A DNA stretch of 54,596 nucleotides from Candidatus Parvarchaeota archaeon (GTDB lineage: Archaea > Nanobdellota > Nanobdellia > B33-G15): positions 1 to 54,596 of the forward strand of contig JAFCFZ010000009.1 of assembly GCA_017608385.1 (NCBI GenBank), in the 5' to 3' direction. Numbering within the stretch: position 1 is the stretch's first letter; each line of letters opens with the position of its first letter. Below are positions 9,224-18,507 of the stretch, one piece after another. Made by a program: the position numbers and the translations under genes. The notes under the pieces were generated by a model. That model searched no databases. It was not told where the DNA came from and saw only the letters and a program-made list of their open reading frames with translations.

Positions 9224-10309
9224 ATGGATACTGAATCAAAAATAGAGGCAATAAAGGGATTTGCCCAAGAAATAATAACTGAAGATGAATTAAGGTTTCT
9301 TTTAGAGACTAAAAAGCATCCAATTGCTTACGATGGTTTTGAGCCTTCTGGACTTGCTCCTCTTCATTTTGGTTTATACAGACCAATAATAATTAGAGAA
9401 TTAGTTAGATTAGGAATTGGCTTTAAGATATATATTGCTGATTGGTTTGCATGGATCAATAATAAGATGGAAGGAGACATGGATAAAATCAAGAAGGTTG
9501 GAAAATATTTTATAGAAGTTTGGAAAGCAGGAGGAGTTCCTGATAGGGGAGTAAAATATGTTTGGGCCTCTGATTTGGTTCATCAAAAGGGATATTGGGA
9601 AGATGTGATTAAGATATCCAAAAAAACCTCTTTGAATAGAGCCAAAAGATGTATGACAATCATGGGGAGAAAGGAAGGAGAATTAAATGATGTTGCCCAA
9701 TTTTTTTATCCAATGATGCAAACTACAGATATATTTCATTTAGGTGCAGACATAACCCAACTAGGAATGGATCAAAGAAAGGTAAATATGCTTGCTAGAG
9801 AAGTGGCTCCTAAAGTAGGTTTCAATAAACCTGTTGCAATTCATCACCCACTCATTTTAGGTTTGGAAGGACCTAAAAAAGCAGAAGGATTTGAGAAGGA
9901 TGAGAAATTAGATGTTTCAATAAGTTCTAAAATGAGTAAGAGTAACCCAAAAAGTTCGATATTTGTCCATGATTCTACTGAGGAAATTTCCAAGAAAACT
10001 AGAGCAGCATATTGTCCTGCTAAAATAGTTGAAAACAATCCTATGTTAGATTATATGAGAAATATGATTTTTAAACAATATAAGGAAGTAAGGATTGAAA
10101 GATCTGATAAATTTGGTGGAGATGTTTTTTATGTCAATTATAATGCTCTTGAAAAAGATTATAGAGAGGGAAATGTCCATCCTTTGGATTTGAAGACCGC
10201 AGTAGCATATTATATTGATGAGATGATAGAACCAATTAGAAGTCATTTTGAAAAAGGAAAATCAAAAGACCTTTATGAGGAGATTAAAAGTTTTAGAGTA
10301 ACAAGGTAA
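9224..10309 (+). CDS. tyrS: Tyrosyl-tRNA synthetase, archaeal type
   Basis: Colinear with M. jannaschii TyrRS as I recall it (YDGFEPSG..HFG, YPMMQTTDI, GMDQRKVNMLARE, KMSKS, AYCPAKIVENNPMLDY, HPLDLK). Confidence 0.9.
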   Translation: MDTESKIEAIKGFAQEIITEDELRFLLETKKHPIAYDGFEPSGLAPLHFGLYRPIIIRELVRLGIGFKIYIADWFAWINNKMEGDMDKIKKVGKYFIEVWKAGGVPDRGVKYVWASDLVHQKGYWEDVIKISKKTSLNRAKRCMTIMGRKEGELNDVAQFFYPMMQTTDIFHLGADITQLGMDQRKVNMLAREVAPKVGFNKPVAIHHPLILGLEGPKKAEGFEKDEKLDVSISSKMSKSNPKSSIFVHDSTEEISKKTRAAYCPAKIVENNPMLDYMRNMIFKQYKEVRIERSDKFGGDVFYVNYNALEKDYREGNVHPLDLKTAVAYYIDEMIEPIRSHFEKGKSKDLYEEIKSFRVTR

Positions 10310-10313
10310 TTCT

Positions 10314-11792
10314 ATGAAACCAATAAGAAATTTGATGAGAGAGAGAAAGAAGAAGTTGGATTTTCTAGAAAAAAAAGGAATAGAAACATATGCTTATTCA
10401 TACGATGTAAAGGATTTTTCAAAAGACATTCTAAAAAATTTCAAGAAATATGATAAAAAAACAGTTTCTTTGGCAGGAAGAATTATGAGTTCACGGACAA
10501 TGGGAAAAATATCTTTTGGTAATTTACAAGATAGAGAAGGAATAATCCAATTTTCATTAAGGCAAGATGGGATTAAAGATTATAAGACCTTTGTTGATGG
10601 CTTTGAAAGAGGAGACATAATTGGGATTCAAGGAAAGGTCTACAAGACCAAAAGAGGAGAAATTACAGTTGATGTAAAGAAAATCACAATGTTGGCAAAA
10701 TCATTAAGACCTTTGCCAGACAAATGGCATGGACTTAAGGATATGGAAGAAAGATACAGACAAAGATATGTTGATTTAATAATGAATCCAGAATCAAAAG
10801 AGGTTTTTCTTGTGAGATCTAAATTAATCTCAGCCATGAGAGAGTTTTTGGATAAAAATGGATTTATTGAGGTAGAAACACCAATTTTACAACCATTATA
10901 TGGTGGAGCAATGGCAAAACCATTTGAGACAATACATAATGAACTGAAAAGAAAAATGTATTTGAGAATTGCAGATGAATTATACTTAAAGAGATTGATT
11001 GTTGGTGGTTTAGATAGAGTTTATGAGGTTGGAAAGGACTTTAGAAACGAAGGAATAGATACTAGACATAATCCTGAATTTACTCAATTAGAATATTATG
11101 CAGCATATATGGATATTAATGATGTGATGAAATTTTCAGAAGAGCTTTACAGATTCTCTATCAAGAAAGCAATAGGAAAGTCTGTTTTTGAATATCAAGG
11201 AAATAAGATAGATATTAGCAAGAAATTCAAAGTTGTGAGCATGACTGAAGTTGTTAGTAAACACTTGAAAAAGAAGGTTTTTTCTATTCCTGAAAAAAAA
11301 CTGTTAAAGATTGGAGAAAAAATGGGAGTTGAAAGTAAAATTCCTGGAAAAATAATTGAAGAGATTTTTGCAGAAAATATTCAGCCAAAATTAATCCAAC
11401 CAACATTTGTTATTGATTTTCCTGTTGATATATCTCCTCTTGCAAAGAAAAAGAGAGGAGATGAAAAAGTAGTTGAGAGATTCGAGTTTTATATGGGTGG
11501 AGAAGAGTGTGGAAATGCATTTTCTGAGTTAAATAATCCAATAGAACAATACCAAAGATTTGCTGAACAAGACCAGTTTAGAAAATCAAAAAGAGATGCA
11601 GAAGCTCAACCATTAGATAGAGATTATGTTAGAGCTTTGGAATATGGAATGCCCCCCACTGGTGGATTCGGAACAGGAATTGAAAGACTTTTAATGGTTA
11701 TAACAGGAAATCCAAGCATTAAGAATACTATTTTATTCCCTGCTTTAAGGGAAACTGAGAAATTTGAAGTGTTTGGAGATTTTATGTGGTGA
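10314..11792 (+). CDS. lysS: Lysyl-tRNA synthetase, class II
   Basis: OB-fold N domain plus class II core (RQRYVDLIMNPE, FIEVETPILQP, YLRIADELYLKRLIVGG, FRNEGID..HNPEFT, GGFGTGIERL). Confidence 0.93.
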   Translation: MKPIRNLMRERKKKLDFLEKKGIETYAYSYDVKDFSKDILKNFKKYDKKTVSLAGRIMSSRTMGKISFGNLQDREGIIQFSLRQDGIKDYKTFVDGFERGDIIGIQGKVYKTKRGEITVDVKKITMLAKSLRPLPDKWHGLKDMEERYRQRYVDLIMNPESKEVFLVRSKLISAMREFLDKNGFIEVETPILQPLYGGAMAKPFETIHNELKRKMYLRIADELYLKRLIVGGLDRVYEVGKDFRNEGIDTRHNPEFTQLEYYAAYMDINDVMKFSEELYRFSIKKAIGKSVFEYQGNKIDISKKFKVVSMTEVVSKHLKKKVFSIPEKKLLKIGEKMGVESKIPGKIIEEIFAENIQPKLIQPTFVIDFPVDISPLAKKKRGDEKVVERFEFYMGGEECGNAFSELNNPIEQYQRFAEQDQFRKSKRDAEAQPLDRDYVRALEYGMPPTGGFGTGIERLLMVITGNPSIKNTILFPALRETEKFEVFGDFMW

Positions 11793-12802
11793 TTACAATA
11801 GATTTGGAAAGAGAGATAAAAAAAGAACTTTTTGATTTAGGATCTCAATTTGGTTATGGAAAGAGTAATAATTATTTGAGCGATGAAACGTTTATTCAAC
11901 CAAAAGAGTTATCAAAAAAAGCACATCCAAAACAAGGGTTTAAATTACATGTATCCTGTAACAATTCTGAAAAAGACTTGAAGAAGGTTATGAGAACAGT
12001 GGTACCTTATTTATTTGATAGGAAAATAGACTTTAAAGTAACTTATTCCTTAGATCATATGAAAGGGACTCAGATTGGAAAATTTCTTACAATATACACA
12101 AAATCAGATGATAATACTATTAAAGTTGCTTATGAAGTTGATAAACTTCTTTCAAAATCAGGCATAAGAGGAAAAGGACCAAAAATACCTTCCGATAATC
12201 TTATTCCAAATTCTTCTTCAGATATGGTTTATTATAGATTTGCTTCATCTGGAAAGGTGATTCAACTTCCAGATGGAAGAATGGTAGAAGATGCCAGAGT
12301 AGATCCTGTTCCTAAAGGAATAGTTGATATTTTTGAACAAGCTTATCAAAGAAAAAGACCAGAAGTACAAAAAAAAACAGTAACAGAAAAATTTGAAAGA
12401 CCCGAAACATTAGATGAATTAATTGAAGGTGTTGAATCTCAACAAGAACCAATAATAAGCAGTTCTGGAAGTTATATTCCTGAAGAAGTAGCTAAGAAAA
12501 TTGAAGCATATGCTAGTGGAGAAATTGGATTAGACAGGATTACAAGAGCAAAGGGATTAAGAACAAAAGCATGGGCCATTAAGCAAATATCAGAAGTAGA
12601 GAGCATGGATGAACTCATTAAATTGATTAAAGACAACGATTTAGAAATACCTAGTTCTTTAGGCACTTATAGTTCAGATAGATTAACCAAAGTAATAGAA
12701 CAAGTAGTTAGAACCAAAGGAAAAGACAGAGATAAAAAAATAGCTAATATAACTAGAACATTTGGATTGAGAAAAACAGTAATTAAACTGTTAAATACAT
12801 AA
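11786..12802 (+). CDS. Hypothetical protein; OspF/SpvC-like phosphothreonine-lyase-like core plus duplicated C-terminal unit (tentative)
   Basis: GTG 11786 overlaps the lysS stop by 7 nt; blocks FKLHVS / DFKVT / GKFLTIYTKSD / PSD...VYYRF occur in the order and spacing of SpvC (recalled); two roughly 45-aa repeats at aa 226-265 and 290-333. Confidence 0.6.
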   Translation: MVITIDLEREIKKELFDLGSQFGYGKSNNYLSDETFIQPKELSKKAHPKQGFKLHVSCNNSEKDLKKVMRTVVPYLFDRKIDFKVTYSLDHMKGTQIGKFLTIYTKSDDNTIKVAYEVDKLLSKSGIRGKGPKIPSDNLIPNSSSDMVYYRFASSGKVIQLPDGRMVEDARVDPVPKGIVDIFEQAYQRKRPEVQKKTVTEKFERPETLDELIEGVESQQEPIISSSGSYIPEEVAKKIEAYASGEIGLDRITRAKGLRTKAWAIKQISEVESMDELIKLIKDNDLEIPSSLGTYSSDRLTKVIEQVVRTKGKDRDKKIANITRTFGLRKTVIKLLNT

Positions 12803-12846
12803 TCTTGTGCATAAATGCTTTTAAGTGTCCTACTTGAGTGAAATGC

Positions 12847-13494
12847 ATGGCACTCGTTATTTTTGATTTAGATGATACTCTCATTTATCATGTTGAAGAC
12901 ACATTTTATGAAGTTTTTAACCGTTCTTTAGAGGAATCAGGATTAAAAAGAATGAATTATGATAAATATAAGATCTTTAGTAAGAAAGTTTGGAATCAAG
13001 AAGATAAACAAAATTCAAGAAAAGCCATAAAACAAGAGTTTGATGTTGAAATAGAAGATTTTATTGAAAAATTATACAAATATGATTTGATTGTTCATGA
13101 AGAATATTTAAAAAATGGATTTATTGAGGTTTTTGATGATGTTGTTGAATCTTTAAGTGAATTAAAAAATCAGGGTCATAAAATTGCATTGGTGACTAAT
13201 TCTTCAAGAAAATCAGCAGTTATGAAGATCAAAAAAATAGGAGAGCATTTGTTTGATTTTGTTTTAACCAGAGATGATATTGAATCTCCAAAACCAAATC
13301 CCGAACCTATTTTAAAAACAGTTTCAATAATGGGTTTTGAAAAGGAAGATTCTATTTATATTGGGGATTCTGAAGTAGACAAAATAGCTTCAGAAAGAGC
13401 AAATATTAAGTTTCTTATGATAAATAGGGGAAATGGATATGGAGATATAAAATCCTTAAATCAATTACACAAATTAATAGGTAATGAGAATTAA
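12847..13494 (+). CDS. HAD-superfamily hydrolase (phosphatase, subfamily IA-like)
   Basis: Motif I VIFDLDDTL, motif II VTNSSRK, motif IV GDSEVD; ATG 12847 (track gives in-frame GTG 12838). Confidence 0.8.
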   Translation: MALVIFDLDDTLIYHVEDTFYEVFNRSLEESGLKRMNYDKYKIFSKKVWNQEDKQNSRKAIKQEFDVEIEDFIEKLYKYDLIVHEEYLKNGFIEVFDDVVESLSELKNQGHKIALVTNSSRKSAVMKIKKIGEHLFDFVLTRDDIESPKPNPEPILKTVSIMGFEKEDSIYIGDSEVDKIASERANIKFLMINRGNGYGDIKSLNQLHKLIGNEN

Positions 13495-13537
13495 AATAGA
13501 AACATATAGTTGTTCCTCAAATGTTTCAGACCATAAA

Positions 13538-14002
13538 TTAAATATATATCCTCAAAGCATCCCTTTTAATACTTTCAATCCTTTTGATAACAATTTCCTC
13601 ATCAATTATCTCTGGATTTTTAATTGTTACAAAAAGTCCAACGTTTTTATGATCAATATGACCAACTGAAGATAATACAACAGGAACTCTTTTTAAAGAA
13701 CCATAGGATCTAACTTCTTTGTCATTAGTTTTGATATCAAGAGGCACACAATATTTTATAGAATTCTTTTGTTTTAAGACCCAATAATCCACTGGAATAT
13801 CTTTAATCTCTTTAATAATTTCTTTAGGTACAATAACAACTGCTCCATTGTTATATGATGTTGCTCTTCCTGTAGCTCCGATTCTCAATTTTTCCTTTTC
13901 GAGTAATTTTTCCAAATCTCTAAAAGTTTCTTCAAGAGAATCAGTAAGTTTACCTTCCATCCTCACACTCTTTCCATCAACAACAGAAAATCTTGCACTC
14001 AT
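13538..14002 (-). CDS. Hypothetical protein (154 aa)
   Basis: ATG ORF immediately downstream of proS on the same strand; no family recognised. Confidence 0.55.
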   Translation of the reverse strand: MSARFSVVDGKSVRMEGKLTDSLEETFRDLEKLLEKEKLRIGATGRATSYNNGAVVIVPKEIIKEIKDIPVDYWVLKQKNSIKYCVPLDIKTNDKEVRSYGSLKRVPVVLSSVGHIDHKNVGLFVTIKNPEIIDEEIVIKRIESIKRDALRIYI

Positions 14003-14045
14003 GAGTTTTCATGAGAAAATGCCTTTTAAAATAATTTTGAAAGAT

Positions 14046-15518
14046 TTAGTAACTCTTTGCGATGTATACAGTTTCTTTTGAAGGTTTTCCACAAACACAA
14101 CATTGCTTAAACTTATTTTTTTCCTTGCCAACTCGTTTTCCTCTTACTTCTGCACCTGTTTTTTCCTTGATAGATTCAGCACATTTCTTTCCGCTCAATT
14201 CTAAAGAACAAAAACCAGTACAAGCAATCATTCCATCGTCTATTACTTTTTTGATTTCGATTATTGTTTTTGCTGTTTTGACTTTTGATTCAAAACTAAT
14301 TAATGTTTTTTTCTTGAGTTGATCTGTGAAATTCTTTGAAAAATCATTGACAAATTTACCAATATTTGTCCATTTTACTGCTTGTTTTTTTCTATCAATT
14401 CTATTAACAGCAACCACTTTTTTTGATTCAATGTCTTTAGGTCCTATCTCAATTCTTAAAGGAACTCCCCTTAATTCCCACTCATTGAATTTTTCACCAG
14501 GACTTATTTCATCCCTATCATCTAATTTAACTTTACATTCTTTGAGAGAAACTTTTACAGTTTTTTCGATTTCTTTGGCTTTTTTCATCACATTATTCTT
14601 AGTTTTAGCATTGTAAATAGGAATAATCACAACATGTAATGGAGATAGATCCCACGGTAACACTAATCCATTATCATCTCCTAAAATTGCAACCATTCCT
14701 CCATAGATCCTACTTATTGCAGGCCCATAACATGTAATATGTCCATACTGTTCCTTATTGTTTTTATCAAGAAATGTTACGTTAAATGGTTTTGAAAATT
14801 TTTTTCCCAGATAGTGTGTTGAAGGTAATTGTATTACTTTTCCAGATTGAGTTAATGCATCTGCTGCAAATGTTTCTTCTGTTCCTGCAAATTTATCCCA
14901 GTGAGGTCTTTGAAAGAATATTATTGGGATGCAGAAATTATCTTGTAACATTTCATAAGTTGTTTCCATGTCTTCATTTATTTGGCTCATTGCGTCTTTT
15001 TTTGATGCAAAAACATTATGAGATTCAATCCAATGAAATTCTCTTGCTCTAAAGAAAGGAAATGTTGCTTTTCCTTCATGTCTCCAAACCTGACAGGATT
15101 GATATCTCTTGAATGGAAGATCCTTATAACTTCTAATCCATAGAGAATACATTTGATAAAATGCTGTTTCACTTGTTGGTCTTAATGCAAGCCTTTCCTC
15201 TAACTTGTTTTTTCCTCCGTGTGTTACCCAAAATACTTCAGGAGTAAATCCTTCTACATGGTCTGATTCAAGCTTGAAATTACTCTCTGGGATTAATGAA
15301 GGTAAAGTGATAGGTAAGTGACCTTTCTTTTCAAGAAGATTTTGATATTTTTCATACATTTTTCTTATAGTTATTGTTGCCCAAGGCATGTAAACTATCA
15401 TACCTTTGATTTTGTACCTAGTATCAGCTAATTCTGCTTTTTGTACCAATTCTAAGAACCATTTGGAAAAATTCTGGTTTTTCTTTACAGATATTCCCTT
15501 TATCCTTTCTTTACTCAT
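14046..15518 (-). CDS. proS: Prolyl-tRNA synthetase, archaeal/eukaryotic type
   Basis: LRPTSETAFYQMYSLWIRSYKDLPFKRYQSCQVWRHE, FHWIESH, C-terminal Zn-binding domain ending ...CCVCGKP..YIAKSY. Confidence 0.93.
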   Translation of the reverse strand: MSKERIKGISVKKNQNFSKWFLELVQKAELADTRYKIKGMIVYMPWATITIRKMYEKYQNLLEKKGHLPITLPSLIPESNFKLESDHVEGFTPEVFWVTHGGKNKLEERLALRPTSETAFYQMYSLWIRSYKDLPFKRYQSCQVWRHEGKATFPFFRAREFHWIESHNVFASKKDAMSQINEDMETTYEMLQDNFCIPIIFFQRPHWDKFAGTEETFAADALTQSGKVIQLPSTHYLGKKFSKPFNVTFLDKNNKEQYGHITCYGPAISRIYGGMVAILGDDNGLVLPWDLSPLHVVIIPIYNAKTKNNVMKKAKEIEKTVKVSLKECKVKLDDRDEISPGEKFNEWELRGVPLRIEIGPKDIESKKVVAVNRIDRKKQAVKWTNIGKFVNDFSKNFTDQLKKKTLISFESKVKTAKTIIEIKKVIDDGMIACTGFCSLELSGKKCAESIKEKTGAEVRGKRVGKEKNKFKQCCVCGKPSKETVYIAKSY

Positions 15519-15601
15519 ACTTCTATGATAAGAAAATAACTTATATTAATTATGCTTGTTATACCGAAATGTTTATATTTACTATAAAGTGGTTATTTTT
15601 T

Positions 15602-16099
15602 ATGAATAATAAAAGATTAATTGTAGAATTAGAAACACATGGAAAACCATGGAATGTTGAAAAATTACTTGATCAAGATCAAGAGATTATTTTGGGAACT
15701 ATGGAAGACACTGTAGTAAATGGTTCTACATGGGAAAAGAAATTTTGGATAGAGCAAGATAATGAGGTTATTTTAGGTTCTTCAGAACATTCAAATATAA
15801 TATTGGATGATTTGATTCCTGAGAAGTTACTTACAATATCTGTTGGAAATTTGGAAGGGATTAATCCAAAAGATTTATTTTATCAAGTTTTTGTGGAAAT
15901 GGAAAAAGACAATTCTCCTCAAAAAGTAACTGTAGCTTATAGAGATCCATATTCAAAACCAGTTATTTTAAGACCTAAATCCTCTTTTGGGATAAGAAAT
16001 CAAGGCGTTGTAGAGATCTTTGAAGGAGTTGCAGATAATTTGGATGGATATCATGAAAAATTAGGATCTTTACAAATGTATCTAGAAGGAACACGTTAG
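15602..16099 (+). CDS. Hypothetical protein (165 aa from ATG 15602)
   Basis: ORF track starts at ATG 15569, but the TATA-like tttatattta (15572-15581) lies inside that extension and about 25 nt upstream of ATG 15602. Confidence 0.5.
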   Translation: MNNKRLIVELETHGKPWNVEKLLDQDQEIILGTMEDTVVNGSTWEKKFWIEQDNEVILGSSEHSNIILDDLIPEKLLTISVGNLEGINPKDLFYQVFVEMEKDNSPQKVTVAYRDPYSKPVILRPKSSFGIRNQGVVEIFEGVADNLDGYHEKLGSLQMYLEGTR

Positions 16100-16160
16100 T
16101 TAGATAGACACAACATTTATTTAGTTTTATTTAGATTTGTTATTATCCCTAGTGATAATA

Positions 16161-17948
16161 ATGAAAAAATTAGACCATAAACAATTGAAAAAGCTTTTTT
16201 TTGAATTTTTCAAAAGTAAAAAACATGCAATTATCAAAGACTTTTCAATTGTTCCTGAAGAAGAAGGAGGAGAAGGATTGTTTATTCTAGCAGGCATGCA
16301 TCCTTTGATACCCTATTTAATGGGTAAAAAGCATAAAGATGGAAATAGAATCGCAAATTGTCAGAGATGTATTAGAACAGTTGATATTGAGGAAGTTGGA
16401 GATAAGACACATAATATTTTTTTCGAGATGCTTGGAAATTGGTCTTTAGGTGATTATTTTAAAAAAGAATCAATTGAGTGGAGCTATGAATTTCTTACTT
16501 CTAAAAAATACTTAGACATTCCTCACGAAAAGTTGTGGGTCACTGTTTTCAAAGGAAATAAGATAGTTGGAAAAGATGAAGAAAGTGTTCAAATATGGAA
16601 ATCTTTAGGAATTTCAGAAAATAAAATAATTCCCTTAGGAGAAAAAGATAATTGGTGGGCTGTTGGAGAAAATGGACCTTGTGGTCCCGATACTGAGGTT
16701 TTTATTGATTTGACTGGAAAACCGTGTGGAAAAAAGTGTTTACCTGGACATTGTGAATGTGGAAGATTTGTTGAGATATGGAATAATGTTTTTATGGTTT
16801 ATGATAAACAAGGGGGAAAAATAACTGAATTAAGCAAAAAAAATGTTGATACTGGTTTAGGATTGGAGAGAACTTTGGCTATTTTGAATGGTTATGATTC
16901 ATTGTATGAAACTTCTGTTTTAAAACCAATATTAGAAGAGATTATGAGTAAATCTCAACAAGATTTGGAAAAAGAGAAAAAAGATTTTAGAATTTTGACA
17001 GATCATTTGAGAGCAAGTGTGTTTATTTTAGGAGATGTAAATCCAACAATCCCATCCAATCATGGAAGGGGTTATGTTTTGAGAAGAATTATCAGAAGAT
17101 CTTTTAGATTTTGTAAGAAATTAGAAATTAATGTTGAAGACTGGATAAACACTTCAAATATTGTTATAGACATATATAAAGAATATTATCCTGAATTAGA
17201 GAAGAACAGGAACTTTATTATCAAAGAAATGGAAAAAGAGAATGAAAGATTTAGTAAGGCTCTTGCAAAGGGACTTTTTTATCTAAAGAGAATGATGCCA
17301 GAAATTAAGAAAAAAGGCAAGATTAATGGAGAAACTGCTTTTAGATTATATGATACTTTTGGATTCCCTATAGAGATCACAAGAGAAATAGCTGAGGAAA
17401 ACAAATGGGGAATCGATATCAAAAAATATGATATTTTGTTGGAAAAACACAAGGAAAAATCAAGAGCAGTATCAGAAAAAGCAAAAAGTGGGTTGGTTGA
17501 AGAAAGTAAGGAAACATTGCAATATCACACTTTAACTCATTTACTCCAGGCAGCGTTGATTAAAATTTTAGGAAAACAAGTAAAACAGAAAGGTTCAAAC
17601 ATAAACAAAGAGAGATTAAGATTTGATTTTTCTCATGATAGATCTATGACAAAAGAAGAGATAAAAAAAGTGGAAGAATGGATTCAAGATAAGATAGATA
17701 AAAAATTGGATGTTACAAAAGAGAAAATGACTTATGAAGTGGCAATGAAATTAGGCGCTATAGGTTTATTCAATGATATATATGCTAAAAAAGTCACAGT
17801 CTATTCAGTTGGAAATGCTTCAAAGGAAATATGTAGAGGACCACATGTGTCAAATACAAAGGAAATAAAAGGGAAATTCAAGATCAAAAAAGAAGAATCT
17901 TCTTCTGCTGGTGTAAGAAGAATCAAAGCAATTCTTATTCAGGATTAA
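16161..17948 (+). CDS. alaS: Alanyl-tRNA synthetase, short bacterial-type (catalytic, tRNA-recognition and editing domains; no C-Ala domain)
   Basis: FFEFFKSKKH, CQRCIR, HNIFFEMLGNWSLGDYFK, GPCGPDTEVF, VEIWNNVFM, DTGLGLER; editing HTLTHLL and CRGPHV; ends right after AGVRRIKA; ATG 16161 preferred over TTG 16137. Confidence 0.9.
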   Translation: MKKLDHKQLKKLFFEFFKSKKHAIIKDFSIVPEEEGGEGLFILAGMHPLIPYLMGKKHKDGNRIANCQRCIRTVDIEEVGDKTHNIFFEMLGNWSLGDYFKKESIEWSYEFLTSKKYLDIPHEKLWVTVFKGNKIVGKDEESVQIWKSLGISENKIIPLGEKDNWWAVGENGPCGPDTEVFIDLTGKPCGKKCLPGHCECGRFVEIWNNVFMVYDKQGGKITELSKKNVDTGLGLERTLAILNGYDSLYETSVLKPILEEIMSKSQQDLEKEKKDFRILTDHLRASVFILGDVNPTIPSNHGRGYVLRRIIRRSFRFCKKLEINVEDWINTSNIVIDIYKEYYPELEKNRNFIIKEMEKENERFSKALAKGLFYLKRMMPEIKKKGKINGETAFRLYDTFGFPIEITREIAEENKWGIDIKKYDILLEKHKEKSRAVSEKAKSGLVEESKETLQYHTLTHLLQAALIKILGKQVKQKGSNINKERLRFDFSHDRSMTKEEIKKVEEWIQDKIDKKLDVTKEKMTYEVAMKLGAIGLFNDIYAKKVTVYSVGNASKEICRGPHVSNTKEIKGKFKIKKEESSSAGVRRIKAILIQD

Positions 17949-18432
17949 CTTCTTCTTCTAAAATCCAAAATTCATCTTTTCCTGCTAACATCCCTTTTCC
18001 ATATTCTTTTCTTACTTTGCCTGCTTTTTTCCCTTTAGCTAGAAGACTAAAAATTATTCTATTTCCAACTCGTTTCATCTCTTCAATTGCTTTTAATGGT
18101 CTTTTTACATCTTGTAATACAGTTACAGAAATTACTATATCAAACTCTTTGTCTTTAAAAGGAAGTTCTTCAGCGTTTGAAATAACAAATTTACCTCTTA
18201 CTCCTTTTCTTTTAGCTATTTTTATCATTTCTTCACTCAAGTCTAAACAAACTAATCTAGAAGCTCTTTGTAGTTTTTCAGAAATGATTCCAGTCCCACA
18301 ACCTACCTCTAAAACTGATTTTCCCTTTACTCGTATGTAGCCCCTAATAGCTTTCCATTTCTCTTCTTGCTCCTCACCGTATAATTCATCATAACCAGGA
18401 GATATTCCATCATAATATTCCTTAATACTCAT
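17935..18432 (-). CDS. Class I SAM-dependent methyltransferase
   Basis: Motif I VLEVGCGTGIISEKL, then DLSEEMI and acidic post-I residues. Confidence 0.8.
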   Translation of the reverse strand: MSIKEYYDGISPGYDELYGEEQEEKWKAIRGYIRVKGKSVLEVGCGTGIISEKLQRASRLVCLDLSEEMIKIAKRKGVRGKFVISNAEELPFKDKEFDIVISVTVLQDVKRPLKAIEEMKRVGNRIIFSLLAKGKKAGKVRKEYGKGMLAGKDEFWILEEEVNPE

Positions 18433-18507
18433 ATCTTAGTATATGTAATAAGTAGTTAAAACCTTTTTCACAAAACATTTATTATCTTGATTTTGCTTTA
18501 TTGCTTT

